Below, in pieces: positions 25,144-33,653 of a stretch of 64,000 nt of DNA (position 1 is the first letter of the stretch; each line of letters opens with the position of its first letter). Both the position numbers and the translations under genes were made by a program. The stretch covers positions 32,001 to 96,000 of IMG/VR virus record IMGVR_UViG_3300031111_000001; one strand, given 5' to 3'. The DNA comes from a virus. A model generated the notes under the pieces. The model was not told the DNA's origin. It saw only the letters and a list, made by a program, of their open reading frames with translations, and made no database searches.

Positions 25144-27039
25144 CTAATAGGAAAAAGTTCCTCGCCGTCCAGTTTTAGAAACGGTCAAAATGTCGCCCAC
25201 AAGGCTCTTGAAATGGGACTGGTGGGTGATCAGGAAGACGTGGGGGATTTCCTTCGTGATCCTGAAGCAGAGGTCCATGACCGGCTCCGCAGAGCCTGAG
25301 TCCAGGCTTTCAAAAACCTCGTCGAGGAAAATGAAGTTCAAAGAACTCGCGGCCATAGACCGCACCAGCGCATTGAAAGACACCGCCAGGGCAAGGTTGA
25401 TTTTCTGCCTCTCGCCGCCAGAACTCCCGACAAACGATGACGCGCCATGCTCGTTTTTGACCTCGATATCGAATTTCTCGCGCACTTCACCGGACTTGAG
25501 TTTCTTCAGCGTGGACACCGTAATCTCGATGTCGTCCAATAACATGGCGTTATCGTAAATGATTCTATTCAACTCCGGGGTCACGGAGTCGAACACGTAG
25601 GATTTCAATCCGCCGTTCCCGAAGGTGGCCTCCAGCATGTTGACTAGGGCCATCCGTTCTTCCAGCGGAGAGAGCAGGGCGTTGTGTTCGGACAGCTTGG
25701 ATCGGGCAGCGTCTAAATTCGCCTTCTGAGCGTCTCTAATGGGGCGATGCGGACACGACTCCGTTTCAATGGCTTGGAGCCGTCTACGGGCCTCTGAGAG
25801 CCTCTGGGAGGCATATTGAAGGTCAGACTCCAACTGCTGTCGGCGGGCCACGTCGGCACCGTTCTGAATCACCTGCTCACGGGCCTGGGCTGCTTCGGCG
25901 GCTCTGGCGGCAAGCTGCTCTCTGAGGTTGGTGAGATTCGCAACAGATGTCGCGACGGTAGCCGTCTCGATGTCAAGCGCAGCTACTTCGGCCTCCAGCT
26001 TGTCGGACTCGTCCTGAAGCCTCTTGAGCATGGCCGCGATGTCCTGCGGGCCGAATGCGCGACCACATGCTTCGCACTTCGCGCCGTCGTTGGTGAGCGT
26101 CGAAGCCGTCTCGGCCACCTTGCGCTGTCTGGTCAGAACGCCTTCCTGCTTGAGGGTCAGGGCGTATTGTTCCTGAGACACCCGCTCGATCTTGGCGTTA
26201 AGCTGCTGGGCCAAATCATTGAACTTCGACACGGTTGCGTCGGCGACAGCAAGGTTCTGCCGGTACTGCTCGACATTCGCCGGGCACTGATCCAGGGCTT
26301 CCTTGGCTCGGCGCTCCTCAAGCTCCAGTCGGCCCTTGTCGCTATTCGCCTCCAGCACCCTGGAGCCGAAGTCCGTTTGCCAGACGGCCATGGCCCGTTC
26401 AGCGGCCTCCAGGCTCTGCTCGGCGTTGGTGATCTCGTATTCCGTGATTACCCTTATGGTGTCCCTTATCCGGGTGATCTCGGCCTCCAGACGCTTCTGT
26501 TCGGCCTTGATCTTGGCATGATCCTCGGAGAAGAACGTCAGGCCCAGAGCCTCCTCAAAAACCGTTTTGAACTCCTTGTCTGTGGACGCGGCAAACGCCT
26601 TCACGTCGCCCTGGCCGAAGTGGGCCACCTTGGAGAACGTGCCCTCGGACATGCCCACGATCTGTTCGATCATGATCTGCGTGTCGAAGGACGTGCCCTT
26701 GGTGATCTCCTGCCCGGCCTTCCAGATACGCAGGGAGTTCTTCAGCTTGGCGTCCTTCCGGGTACGGATGATCACCACGTCGTCGAAGTGAAACTCCACC
26801 CGGCAGTCCTTGTCGGCCTCCTCGTTCACTACGGCATCACCCTTCAGGCCGCGCTTCGTGGTCCCCCACAGCGCCCAATGGATCGCCTCGTAGATGGTTG
26901 ATTTCGAGGCACCGTTGGAAATAGAGGTCGGGCTGGAGTTGTTGATGCCCTCGATCAAGACCAGACCCGGCTTTGTAAAGGTAAGTTCCCCTTTGCCGAT
27001 GCCCATGAAGTTCTGTATTTTGAGTAGTTTGGCGATCAC
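25144..27039 (-). CDS. sbcC: SbcC/Rad50-like recombination ATPase
   Basis: IQNFMGI, SNGASKST, coiled coil with CEACG hook, SSGGERQ, FLDEVF, LITH. Confidence 0.9.
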   Translation of the reverse strand: MIAKLLKIQNFMGIGKGELTFTKPGLVLIEGINNSSPTSISNGASKSTIYEAIHWALWGTTKRGLKGDAVVNEEADKDCRVEFHFDDVVIIRTRKDAKLKNSLRIWKAGQEITKGTSFDTQIMIEQIVGMSEGTFSKVAHFGQGDVKAFAASTDKEFKTVFEEALGLTFFSEDHAKIKAEQKRLEAEITRIRDTIRVITEYEITNAEQSLEAAERAMAVWQTDFGSRVLEANSDKGRLELEERRAKEALDQCPANVEQYRQNLAVADATVSKFNDLAQQLNAKIERVSQEQYALTLKQEGVLTRQRKVAETASTLTNDGAKCEACGRAFGPQDIAAMLKRLQDESDKLEAEVAALDIETATVATSVANLTNLREQLAARAAEAAQAREQVIQNGADVARRQQLESDLQYASQRLSEARRRLQAIETESCPHRPIRDAQKANLDAARSKLSEHNALLSPLEERMALVNMLEATFGNGGLKSYVFDSVTPELNRIIYDNAMLLDDIEITVSTLKKLKSGEVREKFDIEVKNEHGASSFVGSSGGERQKINLALAVSFNALVRSMAASSLNFIFLDEVFESLDSGSAEPVMDLCFRITKEIPHVFLITHQSHFKSLVGDILTVSKTGRRGTFSY

Positions 27040-27278
27040 AAAGTCACCCTGATCACCGGCACCCAAATGTTGCGAACCCATTCGGCGGCGCGACCATCAG
27101 CCCCATTGACCAGCAGGAACTGTGTATCGGTCTTAGAGACGCCCAGGACTTTCTCCAATTGGTCATCGTTGATACAGACGGCATCCTTGATACAAAACGC
27201 CTTCCGTGCCAAAACAGCCTCCTTGTAGGACGGGGCGATGATAATGGTTCGTTTTTCGGGATTGATCATATACTCCAC
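27036..27278 (-). CDS. Hypothetical protein
   Basis: Coupled within operon. Confidence 0.6.
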   Translation of the reverse strand: MEYMINPEKRTIIIAPSYKEAVLARKAFCIKDAVCINDDQLEKVLGVSKTDTQFLLVNGADGRAAEWVRNIWVPVIRVTL

Positions 27279-27727
27279 CAGTCTTTCTGGACGTTCTTCA
27301 TGCGGGCTGCGCCAAGTCCGCGATCCACAAACAGGTTCCCACCGTAGTCGTGAGCTACAACCTTGCCATTAAGCAACCCGAAGTTTTGGTACTTGAGATC
27401 GGTGAAGAAGTTAGGGAGCTTCTTCGGGGCCATATCTGGTGGCAGAGGATGTGTCCGATGCTGGATCAGCACTTGTGCGCAGGGCGAAACAGCAACGCAG
27501 GGGGCGAACCACTGCGCCCACTTCGTGTACTGGACCTGATCCCATACATCCCATTCAATCGCGTTTTGGAATCGGTTATGGGAACTGAACTCAATCTTCA
27601 CAACGAGGTTCTTGGGATCAAGCGCGTACTCATAGACGTGTCGGAAGCAGCCACCCCCGATGAAACACCCCACGAACATTCGCAGGGCGTCATCGAGGCA
27701 GACTTTGGGTTCGTCGAGGATGTACAT
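27266..27727 (-). CDS. Minimal protein-kinase-like protein
   Basis: IGGGCFRHVY glycine loop, VVKIE lysine, DLKYQNFG catalytic loop, HDYG (DFG-like). Confidence 0.65.
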   Translation of the reverse strand: MYILDEPKVCLDDALRMFVGCFIGGGCFRHVYEYALDPKNLVVKIEFSSHNRFQNAIEWDVWDQVQYTKWAQWFAPCVAVSPCAQVLIQHRTHPLPPDMAPKKLPNFFTDLKYQNFGLLNGKVVAHDYGGNLFVDRGLGAARMKNVQKDWWSI

Positions 27728-27951
27728 CACCCGCTCCCAAGAGCCGCGCACGTACCACCAACAAAAATCCCCAGCGGTAATGCAGCCACGATGGCTCCCC
27801 AGCCGAACTGGTGCCCCATGATGGCCGACATCAACCCGCCGATCACTGGCGTGAAAATCAACGTGAGTACCAGTGCCACGATCATGAACGATCCAGAAGG
27901 CGGATCGATGGGAATATCGCCTTCGGGGCTAATGAAAATAGGAACAAACAT
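27727..27951 (-). CDS. Small membrane protein
   Basis: Two hydrophobic segments. Confidence 0.6.
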   Translation of the reverse strand: MFVPIFISPEGDIPIDPPSGSFMIVALVLTLIFTPVIGGLMSAIMGHQFGWGAIVAALPLGIFVGGTCAALGSG

Positions 27952-27953
27952 GG

Positions 27954-29327
27954 CTACTCCCTGTCCAGTTTCAGCACCCGGAACGTGGGGAACTGCAAGG
28001 CCCAGACGCCGTCCTCGTTAGGCTCGTCGGAGAAGGTCTGGAACTGGATTTCGGCCAGCAACCCCTTCAGGCGGTCCCGGTTGGCGTACATCCAGTCACG
28101 GGTGGGTTTTTCCTGCCAGCCCCAATCCCCGCCGTCCCAATCGAGCTTCTGGGCGATCTTATTGCCGTCACGGTCCAGGCTGAACTCGGAAAACCCGGAG
28201 CCGCACTCGCACCGCACGAAGCGCTCCTCATATTGTCCATCGACCTTCCACTTCACCGTGCCGCTGATGACGATGGTGCCGCACGTATTCGCGAAGCGAC
28301 CATCAGGTTCGCCAAGCTGCACCTCTTCAATGATGAAGTCGGCTTCGTGGAAAGGCTTGTACTTGAGAAGCTGGTTGCTGCGCTTCCACTCGTAGGGAAT
28401 ATCCGGGTGGCGCAACATCAAGCCTTCGAAACCTTCCTTGTACATCGCCAGCATGAAGTCTTCGATCAACTGCGGCTTATTGACCACTTTGAAGTACTCC
28501 AGCGGGCGCAGGTACTCGTACTTGCTCCAGTCGATTTCGCGGAGCTTGTTGATCATGTCGTCGGTGGTTTTGATCTCGTCGCCACCAATGGCGAAGACAT
28601 TGAAGAAGATTTTCTTCTTGTTTTTCTCGGAGACGTTGCGATTGCCGCGCACGAAGCTCTGGATGCGCTGGAACGGAATCTGACGGTTGAAGAGTTCGCC
28701 GTCGATGAACTGGAGGTCGTATTCGGCTGCAAGAGCGGCCAATTCGGACACGACGTGACCAAAACCGAAGAAAGGATGGCCCTCACGGGAGCGGATGACG
28801 TTGACGCCCTCCAGCACTTCGCCGTCGATGTCCCAATAGCCGCGCAGGCCGTTCAGTTTACGGCTACACCACCAGTGGTCCACGCCCTTGTACTTCTTTT
28901 CGGAATCGTACTTGTTGGCGAGTTGGACGGTGAAGATCGGGATGAAACCATGCCCCAGAACGGTGTTGACCAGCTTCGCGCCGATGCCAACCTTGAGGTC
29001 TTTCTTGATGATTCTGGAAAATACGTCCTGTGCAATGCCGTTGCATTGGCCCAAGAACCTTTTGACAGCGTCCTTGGCGTTGTTGCCGGTGAGCTTTCGG
29101 GTGGTAAGCTGGTAGAAAAGCTGGCAGAAGTCCTGATAGGCTTGGTCGAATGTTAAACCACCCAGCGCGGGAGGATCGACTTTCGGCAGCTTCTTCATAA
29201 AGGTCGGCGTGAACGGGTTCAGGGCCATGACCAACGCGCTATGCACGCGAGGAGAGGCCGACCTGATCAGATCGGCCTTGGCGTTGGTGCCGGGGGTGGA
29301 AGTGGCTTCGACTAGGAATCGCTCCAT
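27954..29327 (-). CDS. ATP-dependent DNA ligase
   Basis: SRKLNGLR (KxxG), IDGEL, FEGLMLR, LLKYK, CGSGFS, LQFPTF; start re-assigned to ATG 29327. Confidence 0.92.
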   Translation of the reverse strand: MERFLVEATSTPGTNAKADLIRSASPRVHSALVMALNPFTPTFMKKLPKVDPPALGGLTFDQAYQDFCQLFYQLTTRKLTGNNAKDAVKRFLGQCNGIAQDVFSRIIKKDLKVGIGAKLVNTVLGHGFIPIFTVQLANKYDSEKKYKGVDHWWCSRKLNGLRGYWDIDGEVLEGVNVIRSREGHPFFGFGHVVSELAALAAEYDLQFIDGELFNRQIPFQRIQSFVRGNRNVSEKNKKKIFFNVFAIGGDEIKTTDDMINKLREIDWSKYEYLRPLEYFKVVNKPQLIEDFMLAMYKEGFEGLMLRHPDIPYEWKRSNQLLKYKPFHEADFIIEEVQLGEPDGRFANTCGTIVISGTVKWKVDGQYEERFVRCECGSGFSEFSLDRDGNKIAQKLDWDGGDWGWQEKPTRDWMYANRDRLKGLLAEIQFQTFSDEPNEDGVWALQFPTFRVLKLDRE

Positions 29328-29329
29328 CG

Positions 29330-29482
29330 CTACTTCACCTCGGTGTTCTGGAAGCAAAAGTTGCAGCGGACAACCCGCGTGCCCCACCACTCGATAACCT
29401 CCCAGACTGTGCTGGGGTGGGTGGTTCCGCAGTGCGGGCACTTGAAGACTTTCTTTTTGTCGAAGGTTTTCTCAAAGGGCAT
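29330..29482 (-). CDS. Small Zn-ribbon protein (50 aa; not in ORF track)
   Basis: MPFEKTFDKKKVFKCPHCG...VRCNFCFQNTEVK; TAATG coupling to upstream gene. Confidence 0.6.
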   Translation of the reverse strand: MPFEKTFDKKKVFKCPHCGTTHPSTVWEVIEWWGTRVVRCNFCFQNTEVK

Positions 29483-30537
29483 TATACTTTTTCTCCACAT
29501 AGTTCGTTGTACATGGACAGCAGTTCCCTTTTGTGAGGGACAAGATCGGGCTTCATGTCGATGTATTCCCCAAGCATTTGTGTCGGGGTACTCAGGCCAA
29601 TGGTTTGTGAGTGCGCTGTTGCGAACTCTTTTTCGTACCTAATGGCGAAGCCTGGACAGTTGTTCTGCTGGCAATATTCCTTGATCTTTTCCGATAGCCG
29701 CTTATTTTTGATCTTCCATGTCGTGAATATATTCTCGACAGTGACGTTCCGCATTTCCTTGACGTTCGACACGGACACAGTCTGGAAGGAGGGATGTGAT
29801 TCGATTTTGTGATGCAGCAGTTGGTCGTCGTCCGTCAGGACGTAACAAAACCGGGTACTCCCGGCATCGCCGAAGTTGTGCTGCACCAACGCTCCAGGGC
29901 TGAAGACCTTAGAGTGCGTGGGGTTTATCATCGGGTAGTGATAGTGCCCGGCAATCACCCAAGCATTAGTCACTGACTCCAAATAGGAGGCGGTGAGTTT
30001 GGTTTCCGGCATGTTGCCGTGGGGCCTGAAGTCATCCACGCCCTGGTGGATCAGAATGATCCGTGGGTTGCCTTTGGCGATCCGCTCGTACTCGCGCCGG
30101 AAGTCATCCAGATCGTGACAGTAGGGGATGGCAGCAATCTTGCCGATGCTGGTATCCAGGGCCACGGGCTCCATAACGATATGGATACGGAATTGACCGC
30201 GTCCGAAACCATCAAGCATGTCCAGACTGGACACGTCGTAGTTGTAGTTTTCCAGGTCATGGTTGCCGACAGAAATGATAGGCTCCATTCCGTGGTCCAT
30301 GGCGTAGATTAAACAACGCTTGACGACTTTACCGACTGAAGGACGAATATGAGCGCGTGTGTGAAACACATCGCCGGGAATCAATAAATAATTGCAGTTG
30401 TGATTTGCGCCAAATCGCACGGCTTCTCGAAAGGCTGCTTCGATAAGAAGGAGGCGAGAAGGGAACCCTCCCGCCTCCATTTTTGAGAACGCCTTGAAAC
30501 CGTGGAAATGCGGATCACTAAGAACCAGTGCTGGCAT
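29482..30537 (-). CDS. sbcD: SbcD/Mre11-like nuclease
   Basis: SDPH, GDVFH, GNHD, IHQG, AGHYH, PGA..Q.NFGD. Confidence 0.9.
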   Translation of the reverse strand: MPALVLSDPHFHGFKAFSKMEAGGFPSRLLLIEAAFREAVRFGANHNCNYLLIPGDVFHTRAHIRPSVGKVVKRCLIYAMDHGMEPIISVGNHDLENYNYDVSSLDMLDGFGRGQFRIHIVMEPVALDTSIGKIAAIPYCHDLDDFRREYERIAKGNPRIILIHQGVDDFRPHGNMPETKLTASYLESVTNAWVIAGHYHYPMINPTHSKVFSPGALVQHNFGDAGSTRFCYVLTDDDQLLHHKIESHPSFQTVSVSNVKEMRNVTVENIFTTWKIKNKRLSEKIKEYCQQNNCPGFAIRYEKEFATAHSQTIGLSTPTQMLGEYIDMKPDLVPHKRELLSMYNELCGEKV

Positions 30538-31522
30538 CGTCGTCCTTGAACGACTCAGCGATGAACTTCTGGTACTCCTCCGGGTTACTTTGGAATAGTT
30601 CGGTCAAGTCCTTTGCGCGGTACTTTTTCCCGTCCCACTCCAACCATCCCTGCGAGTCACCCAGCAACCCAAGCTCGTTGGCGAATTTGAGGTGGGAGCC
30701 GATGAAATCGATCCCCGTCTCAAACAGGTTGATGTACTCGCCCGTGACCAGCGGCGGTGCGGTCTTGTTCTTCTTGCCCAGCGCCCGAATGATTTCCCCG
30801 AAAGCGTTTTCGCTTCCTTTGAGGGTTTTGATCTTGGTAAGCTGGATACGCACGGATGCGTAGAACTTGGTCGCGTTGCCACCGGGAGTCTTCGTCTTGT
30901 CGCCCATCATCTGGCCCACGTTGTCGCGAGTCTGGTTCAGCAGGATCAACGTGACGTTCATCTTGTTGATCATGCTGGCGAGTTTGGGCAGGGCCGAAGA
31001 CATGACGGTGGGAAGATTGATGCGTGTGTTCATCTTCTCTTCCCCGAAGGCGGTTTCCTGCTGGCTCTTGGTGACCATCGCCGCCACAGAGTCCACCACG
31101 ATGGTGATGTGGCGCTGGGAATCACTGTTACGCACGATGTTGATGATCTTCTCGATCAGGGCGAAGCTCTCTTCCGCAGTCGTTGGCTGCTTGTACAGCC
31201 ACTTGTTCGGATCGTCGTCCAGACCAAATTGCTTGGCCCGGCTCAGAGAGAAGCTGTGTTCATGATCGAGGAAGACGCAGAAGCCACCAACACGCTGGGT
31301 TTCAACCATCGCAACGGTGGCGATGGCCGTCTTACCGCAGGACTCCTTTCCGTAAATCTCGGTGATGCGCCCCACAGGGAACCCACCGTGATATCTGCCG
31401 GAAAGCACTTTGTTCAGTTGGACAAGGCCAGTGGAGAGCCACTGGTTCACGTCCTGATTATCGTCGCTGAGTCCGCATTCCTTTTGGATTTCATCCACAA
31501 GACTCATGGGTTTCTTAGCCAC
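30518..31522 (-). CDS. recA: RecA/UvsX-like recombinase
   Basis: STG, GRITEIYGKESCGKT, VVDSVA, NQTR, PGGNATKFYASVRI, KNKTAPP. Confidence 0.93.
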   Translation of the reverse strand: MAKKPMSLVDEIQKECGLSDDNQDVNQWLSTGLVQLNKVLSGRYHGGFPVGRITEIYGKESCGKTAIATVAMVETQRVGGFCVFLDHEHSFSLSRAKQFGLDDDPNKWLYKQPTTAEESFALIEKIINIVRNSDSQRHITIVVDSVAAMVTKSQQETAFGEEKMNTRINLPTVMSSALPKLASMINKMNVTLILLNQTRDNVGQMMGDKTKTPGGNATKFYASVRIQLTKIKTLKGSENAFGEIIRALGKKNKTAPPLVTGEYINLFETGIDFIGSHLKFANELGLLGDSQGWLEWDGKKYRAKDLTELFQSNPEEYQKFIAESFKDDDASTGS

Positions 31523-31584
31523 TATGGCCTCCTAATGGGGGCCGCAGAGCGGGGGCCTTGCGGCCCCCTTTCAGATTGCTCTGG

Positions 31585-32589
31585 TTACTCCTGACAGGCA
31601 CCCAGAATGGATGCCTCAAGGTCGGTGTCAGCCGGGGTGGACGCCACGGGAGGCGCGGCGTCAGGGGCCGGGGCGGGAACGCCATAGCCCGGAGGCAGTT
31701 CGCCCAACTGACTGGAGGCGGGAGCCGCCGGGGCGGCAGGAGTCGCATCGTAGGTCGTCGGGGCCTGGGCAGGGGCCGCAGCAGGAGCAGCGGCAGGGGC
31801 AGCAGTGCCGGGAGCGGCGTTCTGTTTGCCGCCCCGGCGGGCCTCGATGTTCCGGTTCATGATCTCGATGGTTTCCAGAGCGGCCATGTGTTGGTCGTAG
31901 AGCTTGCGAATCGGCTCCATGTCGCCACCGGGGCCAGCCATGAACTGGCCCTTGGTCAGGACCGGCTCAAAGTAGGTGATGCCGCCGTTCTTCTTCATGA
32001 CGCTGGAAACGTCGATGGAGAGCATGTAGGGCTGCACCGGCTGGGGGCCGTTGGCGGTCTGGATGGAGAAGAACGAGCGATCACGCAGCATATCGAAGAA
32101 CGGCTTGTAGCCGCTGCGCTTGGCGTAGTGAATGCACTGGACGTGTTCGCCGTCCTCGGTGATAGCGATGCAGAAGATGACCATCTGCGCGTTGCAGCGA
32201 GGGTTGGCGGTTTCGGCACGGTGAGGGCAGGTCTTGCCGCACTTGTAGCCGTAGTTCACGCCGAAGGCACCCTCGGAGAAGTCCTTGAACAGGACGCAGG
32301 AGCAGTTCTTCTTCTGGTCGGACGGGTGGTACAGGCTGTAGCTGTGACGCAGCGCAAGAATGATGATGGACTTCACGGCCTTGCCTTCGTCCACGATGTT
32401 CTGCTGCTGGTCCTTCTTCATGCCCACAATCCACGTTCCGGGGCGGTGGGAGATACCCAACTCGTTCTGGTTGATTCGCAACTGCGGAATGGATGCACGC
32501 TGCTCCACTCCGGTATCGCTCTGCGCGGCCATCTTGTTCAGTTCGGCCACCATGGCAGCGTCAACGGTGGCGGGGACGTTGGTCGTCAT
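31585..32589 (-). CDS. Putative single-stranded DNA-binding protein
   Basis: Beta-rich core, P/A-rich linker, acidic-hydrophobic C-terminus; lies next to recA. Confidence 0.55.
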   Translation of the reverse strand: MTTNVPATVDAAMVAELNKMAAQSDTGVEQRASIPQLRINQNELGISHRPGTWIVGMKKDQQQNIVDEGKAVKSIIILALRHSYSLYHPSDQKKNCSCVLFKDFSEGAFGVNYGYKCGKTCPHRAETANPRCNAQMVIFCIAITEDGEHVQCIHYAKRSGYKPFFDMLRDRSFFSIQTANGPQPVQPYMLSIDVSSVMKKNGGITYFEPVLTKGQFMAGPGGDMEPIRKLYDQHMAALETIEIMNRNIEARRGGKQNAAPGTAAPAAAPAAAPAQAPTTYDATPAAPAAPASSQLGELPPGYGVPAPAPDAAPPVASTPADTDLEASILGACQE

Positions 32590-32640
32590 TAAATACTCCT
32601 TTGGTTCTGGAATCTTCTTTTGGATTCTGGGTTTTTGGTT

Positions 32641-33093
32641 CTAGTCGAGCAGTTGGTCGAGGGCGAAAAGGCCGTTCACCACTTCGTTGCGAGGGCAATC
32701 GCCAAACTCACGGCCCTGCGGGCCAAGCTGGTCATGAAGGCCGAAAGCCTGGACCAGGGCGCGACAAAGGTTGGACTTCTGCGGTGTGAACAGGATCAGA
32801 ATGCTGCCGTCGCGCTTCTTCATGAAGAAGGCGGTCAGCCTCTTGCGGTTGATCAGGTCCACCAGTTCGGTGCCGGAATAGACCAGCCGAAACTCCGGGG
32901 GACGGAGGGGCTGATTCTCGCGGGCGTCGTACCAAGTGGCGGTCATGGAACCGCTGGTAGCGAGACAACGATCTCCGACGAAGACCATGCGGAGGCCCAT
33001 CTTTTGGCGTTCGGCTCCAAACAGGTTGCGGAGGTGAATGTTCCCGTTGAATTCGTGCTGGTTGGAGGGGTTAATAGCCGACCGGCGATTCAC
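32641..33093 (-). CDS. Hypothetical protein
   Basis: Best ORF in the gap, same strand as operon. Confidence 0.5.
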   Translation of the reverse strand: MNRRSAINPSNQHEFNGNIHLRNLFGAERQKMGLRMVFVGDRCLATSGSMTATWYDARENQPLRPPEFRLVYSGTELVDLINRKRLTAFFMKKRDGSILILFTPQKSNLCRALVQAFGLHDQLGPQGREFGDCPRNEVVNGLFALDQLLD

Positions 33094-33187
33094 CTCACTC
33101 CAACGACGTTCTTCGCCACAATTCCGTCGATTTGTCGCTCGATCAGTACTTGGTAAAAAGACTTTTGACTCATTGTACTCTCTGGTT

Positions 33188-33610
33188 TTACACCGGAGCA
33201 GCGGGATAGGCCGTTTGCAACGACCTCTGCTCGGCGCGTTGGTTGTAGGACAGTGCGACCAGCAAATCCTTCCGGGCGTAGTACGTGTCCCTTAATGCTT
33301 TCATTCGTCCCAATTGGGCCTTGGCGTTGACTACGTTTTGCTGGGCTTGCTGGTATTCCGGGTCAAGTTTCATATGCTGATCAATCAGCTTTTCGGTGAT
33401 CTTGACCCCCTCTGCCTCAAGTCGCTGTCGGACCCGGATCGCGACAGCGGCCTCCACGCGCCCAAGGACATCCTTGTGCGCCTCGACCAGAGCCTCCGCT
33501 TGTGCGTAAAGCTCTGCGATGTAAAGGAATTTTGCGGACTGATCTGCGACCTCGTCGTCGATCCTCAAGCGATCAACACCAGCGGAGGCCCGCAGTTCGT
33601 CAATGTTCAT
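33188..33610 (-). CDS. UvsY-like recombination mediator
   Basis: Helical protein with KITEKLID..MKLDPEY...RKDLLV pattern; near recA and ssb. Confidence 0.6.
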   Translation of the reverse strand: MNIDELRASAGVDRLRIDDEVADQSAKFLYIAELYAQAEALVEAHKDVLGRVEAAVAIRVRQRLEAEGVKITEKLIDQHMKLDPEYQQAQQNVVNAKAQLGRMKALRDTYYARKDLLVALSYNQRAEQRSLQTAYPAAPV

Positions 33611-33623
33611 CCCGTTCGTCCTC

Positions 33624-33653
33624 TTAGTCGTTTGGTCACCCGTGTCTGGATGA
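33624..33653 (-). promoter_or_regulatory. Phage-type (ECF-like) promoter motif
   Basis: TCATCC-AGACACG..-CGACTAA with 17-nt spacer, right after the dnaE stop. Confidence 0.75.
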
